From NCBI GenBank assembly GCA_000004695.1, contig CM000154.2, forward strand, positions 1,152,001 to 1,216,000: DNA of 64,000 bases, written 5' to 3'. The stretch comes from Dictyostelium discoideum (taxonomy: Eukaryota). This document shows, piece by piece, positions 39,771 through 53,200 of the stretch; position 1 is the first letter of the stretch; every line of letters starts with the position of its first letter. The notes below the pieces were generated by a model that was given only the letters and a program-made list of their open reading frames with translations, did not search any database and had not been told where the DNA came from. Both the position numbers and the translations under genes were made by a program.

Positions 39771-40296
39771 AATATTTAATATTTATAAAATTAAATTAAA
39801 ATTTAAAACAAAGCACACCTACTTTTCCAATCAAGTATTTGTAATTCTAAACAATGTTTTAAAGGTTGTAATAAAATTGAAGGGAAAATTGCAATATCTT
39901 CTGGTAAAGGTAAAACTTGATCCTTATCTAAATCGACGAAAACTATTTCATTCAATGGTTTTCTTCTAATTGGTGCCAATAGTGATGAATGAATACCAAT
40001 TATGAATGGCATTGGAGCTGTACAATAATCCAATAATGATCTTGGTAAAATTGGAATGAATATATGTTGCCATGCAAATGGATCCAATAATGATACAATA
40101 GCATTTATAAATTTACTAACTCTATTAATATTCTCTGAATAAATTATAACTCTTCTTTCAAATAATAATGATATAAATAAGTGTAATAATTTTTGTGAAC
40201 TTAATGTTTCAATTAATGGTTGTAATGTTCCCTAAATATTAAAAAAAAAAAAATTAAAAAAAAAAAAAAAAAAGTTAATATATATTATAAAAACAA

Positions 40297-40335
<39 letters not shown>

Positions 40336-41059
40336 TTTATACATACATCATGTAATGAAGATTTATCAGTTGAAACTGGTCTTTTTAAAGTATATGATAC
40401 AGGTAAATTTGTTGGTTTTTTATCAGAGATGAAAGGATTGTCATAAATGTAAACAGTAAAGGAGTCACCTGGTGCTGGTATAACTGATAGGAGTGAGGCG
40501 GCTAAGAAATTATGAATCTCGTCTATTGAAACACGATAACGAGTTTCCAATATTTCCAACATTGATCCAAATGTGCTTGACCATGCATGATGACTTATTA
40601 TGCATAAACATTCCAATATTTTATTACCACCGCTACCATCGGGTTGTTGAGGTTGTTGAGTTAAAATACGTTTTGTAAAACCAAACTGTTGTTTACCTTC
40701 TCTATCTGTTAATACAAATGTAAACATACTATCTGTAACTCTAGTACTAGTACCACTGTATTGAATATATGTTTTATCTATTTCTTCAGGAAAACAAAAC
40801 AATGGTACATTTGGATCGACTGTATCTGGTGGATATATATCTTTAACATATGGTACTATCGATTGTTGTACTCCACCATTTGCTCCATCTTTTTCAACTA
40901 ATAAATTAATAAACAATTAATAATCAAACTTCTACAAATATTACTTATTATTATTATTATTATTGTGGCTACGTTGTTGTGGTTACTAAAATAATATATT
41001 AACTTACCCTCCTTTAAAGAAACTAATAGAAATTGATCAAATAATAGTTTTTTTGACAT
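36181..41059 (-). CDS. DENN-domain protein (uDENN-DENN-dDENN) with ~1100-aa N/S/Q-rich low-complexity C-terminal region; 5 exons join(41008..41059,40347..40897,39823..40231,39569..39732,36181..39471)
   Basis: uDENN 'PLFCFPEE...FTFVLTDREGKQQFGF'. Core DENN 'LLHLFISLLFERRVIIYSENINRVSKFINAIVSLLDPFAWQHIFIPILPRSLLDYCTAPMPFIIGIHSS'. dDENN 'VETFRKFFVTVLGTYRRFFLKDMDKKKMIFDKISFIDSQ'. Donors GTAAGT, GTATGT, GTAGGT, GTAAGT with (T)nAG acceptors; every exon length frame-checked against ORFs 40332..40916, 39803..40087 and 36181..39444. Confidence 0.6.
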
Positions 41060-42945
41060 GCCAAGTTAAATAAACTATTACAAATAATAAATATTTAATT
41101 TAATAAATATTTATAATTGTATTTATAACCTTGGCTCAGTATTTATTTATAAATTATAATGGTATTTATGTTTTATGTGTAGTTTTTTTATTCTTTTTTT
41201 TTTTCTTTGTTTATTTCTTTCTTTCTTTATTTCTTTCTTTCTTTATTTCTTTCTTTCTTTCTTTCTTTATTTATTTATTTATTTATTTATTCTCTTTTTT
41301 TTTTTTTTTTTTTATTATTCTTTGGTATAGTTTTTAATAGTGTGTGTAGTAATAGTATATAATAATAATAATAAATAATAATAATAATATAGTAAAAAAG
41401 GAGAGCGTGAAAGTTTTTACTATAAAATTAATTTATTAATTAAAAAAATTAATATTGTTTGTTATTGTGCTTATTTTTAGGTTTTTTTTTTTTTTTTTAT
41501 TTTATTTTATTTAAATTTGTCTTTTTTTCCTTTTTTTTTGTTTTGTTTTTGTTTATCTCCTTATTTATTTTAATTATTTATTATCGGAAATAAAAAAAAA
41601 TAATATAAATAGATTTTTATTATTTATATATTGTATAAAAATATTTGTACATATAAGTTGAGGTGTGTGTATGTTTTTGCGAATTTTATAAATACAAAGA
41701 AAAAAATAAAAAATAAAAATTTTGCTTTGTGTTACGAATGGGTGTATTTTGAGTTGAATGTGTAATAGATTCAAAAAATAAATTTTAAAAAAAAAAAATT
41801 TTCAAAAAAATATTAAAAATAAAAATAAAAAAACAATAAAAAAAAAAAATAATAATAATAATAACAATATGACAAAAAGTGATGGGGTTTTTGATTTCTT
41901 TTTTTTTCTTTTTTTTTTTAATGGCGTTGGAGAAAAAAAAAAAAAATTAAAAAAAAAAAAAATAAAAAAATAAAAAAAGGATTTTTTCATTTTTTTTTAA
42001 TTTTTTTTTATTTAAAAAAAAAAAAAAATATATATAAATAAAAATAAAAATAATAAAAAAAAAATAAAGTTAAAATAAGAAAATTTGGATACTACATTTA
42101 AATTTCCAGGGAAGTTAAAACTTTTTTTTTTTTGGGAATTAATTTAATTTAAAAATTTTTAACCTTTATAAAAAAAAATGAAATGATAAAAAAAATTTAT
42201 ATCCAATAGTCTAAAAATAAAAAAAAATTGTTAGTATAATTGAGAATTCTACCCATAAAAATTTTTTATGTTGGGATTAAATTTTTAAAAATAGATTAAA
42301 AAAAAAACCAAAAAAAAAAAAAAAAAAAAAAAAAAACAGAAAGTAAAAAAAAAAAAAATTAAACAAAATTAAACAAAATTAAACAGAGAAAAATTCCTGG
42401 TTGAATTTTTTTTTTTTTTTTTTTTCATTGGGTGGCACCAAAGTCGTTCCATAAAATATCATGTCACAAAAAAAAAAAAAAAAAAAAAAAAAAATCAAAA
42501 AAAAAATCAAAAAATAAAATAAAAACAAAAATCAAAAATTAAGATTGTAAGATTAAAATCAAATGAATAATAAATAAAATTTATTAAATAAAACAAATAT
42601 TTAGTAACCCCGTTTTATATGTGGTATTTATTTTAAAAATAGATTTTTTTTTTAAAAAATAAAAAAAAAAAAAAAAAAAAAAAAGTTAAGAAAATCTCTA
42701 TAAAAAGAAAAAATTGAAATCTGATAATTTAATTAATAACAAAAAATTAGTATAGTTTATTAAATAAAAAAAAAAAAAATAAAATTAAATAAAATAAAAT
42801 TAAAACATAATATAATTTTATAATTATTTTATTTTATTTTATTTTAATACATTGTTTATAACTTGTTTATTTTTTTAATTTAATTTTATTTTGAGATATG
42901 AATATTTTTAAAAAAGATAATTATTCATTCAATATTATCATATAT

Positions 42946-45900
42946 TTAATCAGTAGTATCAGAGGCAGATTGGTAGAGTGGATTTTCAGCGGCAGATGCA
43001 GATTGTTCATAAAGTGGATTAGAGCTAACACCATCACCAAGGAAAGCGGCTTCACTAAAGAAAGTATCAGTTGGTGGTGCAGCTTTTCTTAATAATCTCC
43101 AAGCTGCGGCAGCAATTAAAGCAGTACCAGCGGCAGCACCAGCAATAGCACCTGTTAAAACGGTCTTATTGTCATTGGTTTGAGTGGTGGTTTCTGCTTC
43201 TTCAAATGTGACATCAACATAACCAGTTGCATTCATATGTGATTGAGCTCTAATGGCTGATGGTGCATTGTAACCTAAATCATCAACAAAGAGTTTAAGA
43301 CGATAGTTACCAGCAGTTACAGCATTGACAGTAATTGTTTGAATTGATTCATTGAGAGCAGATTTAGTATCGAGACATGAAATAGATGCAAGTGAAGTGT
43401 GGAGTTCACAATTTTGCATTCTTTTGAGTGAGATTTTAATATCTTCAAGTGATGCAACATTTTCATCATTTTCACCAACAATTGAAACTACAATTGAAAC
43501 ATTATTGCTTTTACCGGAATCTGGATCATCAAATTGAACATTTTCAACTGAAAGGGCTAACTTGGTAGTGGTGGAATAGGTTTTATTTCCGGCAAGAACA
43601 AATGGTGGAATGTTATATCTGTTAACGTTGATAACTGCTGTTAAGGTTGGTGAATCGAGACCACCATTATCTGTCATGAAAAATGGAATACGTACATAGC
43701 TATTACCAGATGAATCCGGGACAGGTGAATATACAACATAGTAATAGCCATCACTACTTTGCTCGACAGTTGTATGGTTACGATCAATAATAGAGCCTTT
43801 TAAGTCTGGTACAGTTTCATCTTTGGTATATAAAGTACCACGAAGTGCTGTGGTGACTGTTGAAAGTAATGGAGTGACTTGATCAACATCAACATCACTA
43901 CCAGTGTATTTGATTAAAACGGATGTATTGATATTCATATTGACAATATAGGTTGAGTCAAATAATACCTCACCATTATCTTTGGAAGTGTCATCTAAAA
44001 CCTTGTAACTAATTAATTGGATTGTTGGTGGTTGATTGACATGAATAACATTGACGGTGATAGTGTAAAGTTCAGAGTAAAGATCACCATCAAACAATTT
44101 GAATTCAATAAAATCGAAATCATTACCATATTCATTATGTGGTGGCATGTATGCAAAATTGTAAGAGGTTGAACCAGTTTGTGAATTTGGATAGGATGTA
44201 ATTTCTGTATCCATAGTACCTTCGCTACCCATGCTATGGGCAATTGATAAAGTACCTCTACCAGAGAATTTCAAAACTTGAATATTAACTTCAGAACCAC
44301 CATTTCCAACTTTACCTTGAACGTTTAATGGATAACGAGTGTTTTGTAAAACATCAATTACATCGGCTCCGGTGTAAACTGGTGGATTTCTTGGTCTGAC
44401 ACTAAAGGTAACTACGTCTGAATCTGATACAAGACCTTGTTGATCAACAACAGAGTATGGAATTGAATCTAATGGACCAATGTTATCAATGGTATTCCAA
44501 TTGGAAAGACCCGCATTTGGTTTGTATGAAAGAGCATCTAATTCGTAAGTTTCTTCACCAATTAATTTTGATGTAAGAACAACATTACCATTCAAAAGTT
44601 GACCATTGGCTGGGAGAGCATAAATCTTAGCTTTGAGGTCTGATGGCGATTCAATATCAGTACCATTGAATGTGAATGGTTCGGTTGTATCTTGATCGAG
44701 TTCAACTTGAATACCTTTTGTAGTTGGTGGAGTGTTAATATAGGTAAATTGGACAAAACCAGTTACATTACCAGTTGATAATACACCATATGGAGTGGTT
44801 AATTTAGAATCATCTTTACAGCTAATTATAAAGGAATCAGAGAAACTACTGAATGGAGTTGGTGAAATTTTAGATGCATCCAATAATTTGAAACTATAAC
44901 TATTGCTTGAGAGCGATTTTGGAAGGGTGGTAATTAATTCATTTTCTGAATCGTACATACTGATTTGCTTTGGAGCTGCTTGAACTGAACATAATACATT
45001 ATCACCATCAAAATCATAGGTAACCAATGTTTGAGTTTCACCAGCACCACTTTGAGATGTGAATGAGTAGGAATTGACTGTTAAAGTTGGTTTATGATTA
45101 ATTGGGTTAACAGTGACGGTTGTACTTTCAACTGATGACGTTTCTTTGAAAGTATCCATAACTTGATATGAATAACTATCAGTACCCTTGAAACCAGGAT
45201 TTGGTCTATAGTAATGAGTGAATGGTGCGTTTCCTTGAGTGGCAACGTTGTTACCATTTTGGACAGTAACTAAAATACCATTTGATGGTGGAGTGGTAAT
45301 AATAGCAATTAAATTATTAACATTTGGTGGATTGTAATCATCGATATCAGCATCGGTACCAGTTACAACATGTGCATCAGAATCTAAATAATCTTGATAA
45401 ACACTGTAATCTTGAATTTTAGTTACAACTGGTGCAACATTGGCACGATCTCCAACAATATTTACAACAACAGAGACAGTGTTTGATTCTAAACCTTCAT
45501 CATCAGTTGATGTGAATGAAATGGATGCATAATTTGAAATTGCGGAAGGTTCTCCATTGGTGAAACAAATAAGTTTATTGGCTTTTGTTGAAGAGTATGA
45601 GATACCAGAGAATTGATCTTTAAGAGAAATAATGGTGCTATCAGATGAACCAGAAGTACATGAACAATCATTAGTTGAACAGGTGTAGAAATTACCATTA
45701 TTACCATTTTTAATTGCAGTAATGGTGAATAATGCTTTTGTGGAATCTGAATCAGTTGATACCAAAGTTAATGAAACAGAACCTCTTGGAATTACTGAAA
45801 TTGGTGATGTTGATGATGAAACTGGTGCTACATTTGCATGTTGAATCTTGAAAGAAACTGAACAAGAAGCTTGTGAGAATGCATTTGATGTATCAATAGC

Positions 45901-48821
45901 TCTAAATTCTAATGTAACAGTGGCATCATTTTTTGGATTAACAGTTTGAGTGAAAATAACACTATCTCCAGTTGTAATTTTAGTTGATGAAGTAATAGAA
46001 GCACCTTTGTAAGTGAATGTACCGTAGGCAGTTAAATCAGTTGGTTTAGTAAATTGGAGGAATGGTGAGGCGTCTTCAAAATCAGTTGCAGTCATACTGA
46101 ATGTTGATTGGGTATTTAAGGTTGTTGTGATTGTTGATGAAATTGATGAACATTCTGGTAATTGATTTACTTTGTTGATGGTGATTGAAATTGTTGCATA
46201 GGTATTACTTTCGACACAACCATCAAAAGCAACAAATCTAATAGTATTTGAGGCTAAATAATTTTCGAACGGTGTATAGGTGAAAATTTCAGAGGCTGCA
46301 TAATAATTTGATTGTTGTTTTGAAACATCTTTACCATTGCTATCGGTAATAACACCAGCATTAGCTGTTAAGAATGTAGTGAATTTGAATTGTAAAATAT
46401 TTGCATCTGGATCAGTACCTGTTAATTTGAAAGTGGCTAATGAATTTTGATTGACAGAGAATGAACCTGAAGTTGCAACTGGTGGACGATTGTAATTGAT
46501 TGAAATATCAGTTTGACCATAACCCATTGCAGAAATTGTAGCAACTGGTGAAACAATTGTTGTACCTGATGGAAGTGATAATTTAAGACCATTGACAGTT
46601 TGTTGAGTTGATGAAGATGATGAAACTGTAACAGTTGATGGGACACTTGAAACAAATGAAGAACCAGTTGCAGTTGGATCAGATTTATAAACGATTTTGG
46701 ATAAAACATTCTTTACACCAGTATTAGCTTTAGCAGACCAATCACTAGCTGATGTTCCTGAAGCGGTAACAACACTACCAAAACCAGCTGAAGTGAGAGC
46801 TGAATTCCAATTAGTCATAGATGAGGCACCAAAACTAACGACCACTGGTACAATTGATTTTCCAATGAATTTATTTGTGAATGCAGTGATTTGTGCTGAA
46901 CTAGATGAATGATCACTATCGGTAATGATAACAATAACTTTGAATGAACCAGAATTCCAACCAACTGAAGCACTTGCAGCATCAGTAGCAGCCAAGAGTG
47001 AATTTCCATTAGAAGTGGTTGAATAAGTTGCTGGTTTATAAAGTCCAATGGCTGCAGCAATTGGACTACCCATAACTTGTGATGGACTAAATGAAATTGG
47101 TGATGGGGTGTAATCAGAGAAATAACCAATACCAAATTGAGCGGTTTCACAAATATTTTCAATGTTTGAAACAAATGTTGACATACCAGATTTAATATAA
47201 CCAAAGGCAGTAGTTGAAGCAAGATTGGCATCAACTAAAACGTAAACATCGAGATTATTAATTGGGTTTGGAATACTAACAATAGTTGGTACTTCATAGT
47301 TTGGTGTACTTGTGAGATAAACTTGAACTTTGGTTGGATTAACAAATGATGGATTACTGTATGAGATTGAGGTGTTGCTATTTGATAAATCTTTACAACT
47401 TTGAGATGATGAAATACTGCAATCGGCACCAGTCCAACCATTAGAACATAAACATTTACCATCACCATTAATACCACTATTTGGAACACCATTTACACAA
47501 GGTGGAACGGCAACACAATTTTCACCATAATAACCATCTTTACATTCAAAACATTTAGATGCTGGATCCCAATTATCAACACATTTACAAACACCACTCT
47601 CTGTATAACCACCATTACCACAATCTGGTTTAGCCACTAAAATTGTAAAAGAACGAACCGATGATGTTAAACCAGTTGAATCCGAGCAAACAAGAGAAAC
47701 AACATATGAACCGGTATTTGCAGTTGTTGGTGTCCATGTAATGGTTGTATTGGAGGTGGCACCTGTAACAGGAGTTTTGGTAGTGACACCAACTGGAAGA
47801 TTTGCAGTTTGAATGGTTGTTGATCTTCCAGACATAATAGTTTTACAAGAGAAAGTTAAACTTGTAGAGGCACCAATTGGGAATAATTTTGTATCACCAT
47901 CATCTGGAGTTGGTGGAGAGACAAAATCTGGTGGGTAATTACTAGTAGTACAAGTATCGATTGTGGTTGAACCACTGTTTGTGCAACCTTTACATTGAGA
48001 GTTTTGATTACATGCTGTACCAGCGTTTGAACATGTTGGATCACAAGTACCAGGTTCAGCAACTGATTGAAGAATGAAATCCACAACAATGTAGGCACCT
48101 CTTGAATCTAAAATATAAATTTGAGTTGAATAAAGACCAATTTGAGTTGGAAGGAAATAACAGTTACCTTTGGAATCAATTGTCATACCACTTGGTTGAG
48201 TCATTGTATAAACTTTTGAAAAGGAGAAAGTGAGTGCTGATGAGTCTGCATTTTGAACATTTTGATCGGATGCAATAACACGGAAGTTATTGTTTTTATT
48301 TGCAACTACTTGAACGATTGGAATCATACCAGATACTGGTGACCAATTTACCATTGACAATTCATTTTTATTATCGATTTGTACACTTGTTGTAATATTC
48401 CATGATGCATCTTTATTATTTAAAAGAGAACTAATTCTACAACAACTTGTGAAAATGGCGGTATATTCTCTAATTGTTCCAGAGTTTTGAGCTGGATAAG
48501 CTTTGGTTGTCGTGAAAGTACCTGTGAACCAATTATTTTTAACATCAAAATCTGTAACTGTAACAGAGACTGTTACTGATCCAACACCACTTCCAAAATT
48601 TAATGTACCAACATTAACTAAATTTCCAACCTTAATACTTGATGTTGATGAATAGAAAAAGGTTGTTCTATATGCAAAGTTTGATGTGAATTTGATGGTT
48701 CTATAATCTGTTGTTGGTTGCCAACTAATTGTACCAAAACGGAAATGTGATGCTTTGGAAAAAAAAAAATAATAAAAAAAAAATTTAAAATTAATATTTT
48801 TTTTTCACCTTTTCTGTTTAA

Positions 48822-48852
<31 letters not shown>

Positions 48853-48961
48853 TTTATTTGGGAAATAATAAAAAAAAAAAAAAAAAAAAACATTATTACT
48901 TACCATCAGTTAATATAAAAAGTGAAGCTATTAAAATAAATAGGTAAAATAATTTATTCAT
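42946..48961 (-). CDS. Sib-family adhesion receptor (similar to integrin beta; type I membrane protein with VWA-like region, EGF-like Cys repeats, TM with GxxxG-like motif, cytoplasmic tail with two NPxY motifs); 2 exons join(48904..48961,42946..48746)
   Basis: Signal peptide MNKLFYLFILIASLFILTD then donor G|GTAAGT. Extracellular 'CGNGGYTESGVCKCVDNWDPASKCFECKDGYYGENCVAVPPCVNGVPNSGINGDGKCLCSNGWTGADCS'. C-terminus 'TVLTGAIAGAAAGTALIAAAAWRLLRKAAPPTDTFFSEAAFLGDGVSSNPLYEQSASAAENPLYQSASDTTD'. About 1950 aa. Near-identical to the third copy, so probably one of sibA/sibC. Confidence 0.8.
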
Positions 48962-49736
48962 TTTGTTAAAAAATTTTATTAATTATTAATTTATTTATTT
49001 AATAAAGTTAAAATAAAATTTAAATTAAAAAAAATAAAAAAAATAAAAAAAATCCAGAAACTAAACCTGGCCAAAGAAATTTATTCTTTGTTTTTTAAAA
49101 ATACAGTGTGGTAATAATAAAATAGAAAATAGTATAAATGATTAAAAAAAACTTTTTTTTTTTTTTACTTTTTTTTTTTATTTTATTTTATTTTTTTTTT
49201 TTACTTTTTTCTATTTTATTTTATTTTATTTTTTTTTATTTTTTTTTATTTTTTTTTTTGAGTAACCATAAAAACGGATCTGTCAAATTTTTGTTAAAAA
49301 GTGTCAATTCGTTGGAAAAAAATCTAGATTTCGTGAATATTTTAGATTTGCGCAAAAAAAAAATTGGTCCAAACAGTTTAAATTAATTTATTTTTTTTTT
49401 AATTTTTTTTTCATTTTTTTTTCATTTTTTTTTCATTTTTTTCATTTTTTTTTCATTTTTTTTTATTTTTTTCATTTTTTAAAAGATATTTTTTTTTTTT
49501 TTTTAAAAATAAAACACTTTGCCAAATGATGGGCGAAAATAAAAAATTTAAAATAAAAAAAAAAAAAAGGCTAAAATTGGATTGTGAATTTTGTGATATG
49601 GAACCATTTAAGTACTTTTTTGTGATATTTAACAACCTTTTACAAAAAAAAAAATAAAAAAAAAAATAAATATTAAAATAGTTTTAAATGAAGATAAAAG
49701 GGAATTTCATTGTTGTTATCAATTTTTTTTTTTTTT

Positions 49737-49741
49737 TAAAA

Positions 49742-49780
<39 letters not shown>

Positions 49781-49852
49781 ATATATAAATAAATAAATAA
49801 ATAAATAAATAGATAAATAAATAAATAAATAAATAAATAAAATTTTTTTCAA
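49737..49852. repeat. (AAAT)n microsatellite (about 28 units, two interruptions) followed by (A)70
   Basis: aaataaataaat... run at 49737..49852, then an uninterrupted A tract at 49885..49960. Lies between Sib genes 1 and 2. Confidence 0.9.
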
Positions 49853-49886
49853 AATAAATAAATTAAATAAAATAAATTAAAATTTG

Positions 49887-49962
<76 letters not shown>

Positions 49963-50241
49963 AGGTCTGGTCAATTTCGCCTCATTCAATTCTTTGGAAT
50001 ATTTTTTTTTTTTTTTTATTTTTTTAAAATAATTTTAGTGTTTTTTTTACACTGTTATTATATTGATATTATAAATTATTATTTAAATAAATATAAATAT
50101 TTTATTATTATTATTTTATAATAATTAATATTTATTTAAATTAATTTATTAAATAAAAAATAAAAAATAAAAAATAAAATAATAATAATTTATTTTTTAA
50201 TTTATAAAATTATTTGTTTTTTTATTTATTTTTTTTTTTTT

Positions 50242-53200
50242 TTAATCATCGGCACCTTCATAAATTCTTGATACATATGATGTTTCAGATTTTTCGTAAA
50301 TTGGACTACTTGAAACATCACCCATAAAAGCACCTTCATCAAAGAAAGTATCAGTTGGTGGGGATGATCTTTTTATCATTTTCCATAAACCAATTACAAG
50401 TAATGCTGCACCAGCAGAAGCACCAGCAATTGCGCCTGATAAAACTGTTTTATTGTCGGTATTTTGGGTGGTAGCAATTGGGTCATTAATTATAATATTC
50501 ACATATCCAGTTGCATTTAAATGTGATTCAGCTCTAACTGTTGATGGTGCACTATAGCCCAAATCATCAATGAATAATTTTAGACGATATTTTCCACTAA
50601 TTGAACCAATGACTGAGATTGTTGATATTGATGCATTAAGAGATTTCTTTGATCCAATACATGTGATAAGGGCAAGATTTAGATTTGGGTTACATTTGGG
50701 AGTGGCTTGAGTAAAGGATAATTTAATAATGGAAAGTGGTAAAACTTCATCACCATCATTATCATCAACAATTGATACAATTAATGAAATATTATTATTA
50801 ACTGAATCTGGATCATCCAATGTTATATTTGTAATTGAAATGGTTAGATTAACTTTACCTACAAAAGTGTTTGAATTTGATCCAATGTAGATTTTTGGTT
50901 GAAGGTTAACAGAGTTTACATTTATAATTACAGTGGAAGTTTGTGACACAACTCCTTTTTCATCGATAACATTAAATGGAACACGAGCATAATTATCACC
51001 AGTTGTACCTTTAGTTGGTATGAAAATTACATACCAATAGCCATCTTCATTTAGTGGAATTAATTGAGATGTATGGTTGATTTCTCTTCCTAAATAGTCT
51101 GAGGAGTTATCATCAAATGAATAAATTAAACCACGAAGTGGAAGATTTGAAACTAAAGCAACTAAAGGGACTGTTTGGTTATCTATATCACTACCATAAA
51201 TTTTAATTAGTACAGAATCATTAACATTCATATTAATTGTTGAACCATCAATTTGAATTTCTTTTTCAAATTGATTTAAAATTCTATAACTTATTAATTC
51301 AGTGGCTGGTGGTTGATTCACATGAATAACATTAACTGTAATATTATAAATTTTAGAGATAATATCATTATCAAATAAAATAAATTGAATTTGATCAAAG
51401 TTTGAACCAAATTGATTTCTTGGTGGATTATATGCAAAATTGTAGGATGTTGAACCAAGTTGTTGGCTTGGGTACTCTGTTATTAGTTTATCAAAGAAAC
51501 CTTCTTTACCCATACTATGGGAAATTGATAAATTACCTCTACCACTGAAACTTAAAACTCGTATACTAACAGATAAACCGCCTCCACCAAGTTCTCCCTC
51601 AATTGTTAATGGGAAACGAGTATTTTGTAATACACTAATATCAGAGTCACCAAGGTAAATTGGTGGGTTTCTAGATCTAACTTGGAATGATATTGTTGAA
51701 GAAGGAGATAAAAGACCTTGTGGATCGACGATTGAGTATGAAATTCTATCCAATGGACCTAAATGATCCACTGTATCCCAATTTGATTGACCTGGTAAAG
51801 GTGTATATGTTAATTCATCCAAACCAAAAGTATTGTCTCCACCAATCAATTCTTTTGTCAAAACCACATTGCTATCAATGGATTTGGAAAGTTTACCATT
51901 GATTGGTAGAGAGTACAATAAAACTTTTAATAGCTTTTCATTGGATTCAATATCAGAACCTTCAAAAGAAAATGCAATGAATGAATCTTGTGAAAGTTTA
52001 ACTGAACTAATATTAGTTTTTGGTGGAGTGTTTATGTAATAGTATTGAACATTACCTATTACATCACCTGTTGACAATACACCTTTTGGTGTTGTTTTTT
52101 CACTATCATCAACACAGTTAATGCTAAAGGTACTTAAAACATTCGAAAATGGGGTTGGTGTAATGATTGAAGGGTCCAACAATTTAAAACTATAGGCATT
52201 ATTTGGTAACACCATTGGCACTGATTTTATTTGCACACCTTTGTCATCATACATAAGGATTTGTTTTGGAAGGGATATTACTGAGCAAATTACATTATCA
52301 CCATCTTGGTCACTGGTATTTAAAGTTTCTATAACCCCATCACCACTCTCTGATGTAAATTTATAAACATCAATCAAAACATTTGGTTTATGATTAATTG
52401 GTTTGATAGTAATAGTTGTAGATTCAATTGATGATTTTGCATTAAATGTGTCAATAACTTGATATGAATAACTATCAGTACCAGCGTACCCTGGATTTGG
52501 TCTATAATAATGAGTGAAAGGTGCATTTCCTTGAATGGCTATAGAACTACCATTTTGGACAGTAACTAAAATACCATTCGATGGTGGATTTGTAATTATA
52601 GCAATTAAATTATTAGCATTTTGTGGATTGTAATCATCGATATCAGCATCGGTACCAGTTACAACATGTGCATCAGAATCTAAATAATCTTGATAAACAC
52701 TGTAATCTTGAATTTTATTTACGACTGGCGCAACATTAGTACGATAACCAACAATATTAACTATTACAGTGGCCAAATTTGATTCTAAACCTTCATCATC
52801 AGTTGATGTGAATGATATGAATGCATAGTTTGGAACTGCAGAAGGTTCTGAATTGGTGAAACAAATTGGAAGACTGGCTTGATTTTTGGCGTATTGAATC
52901 TGTGAATACTTTGTATTGTCAGTAATATCGATACGATCATTTGATCCAGCAACACAAGAACAGCTATTATCAGTGCATGAATAGAATGTACCTGTTTTAC
53001 CAGCATTAACCTTTTTTATGGTAAATATAGCAGATTTTGAATCTATATCAGTTGATAATAAAGATAGGGGATTCCCGATACTTCTTGGAATAGTAACAGA
53101 TGTTCCATCATTTGAAATTGGTGCTTCATTCGTATGTGTAATATTAATAGTTTGGGTACATAAATTTGAAAATAAACCAGATGAATCTTTTGATTTGAAA

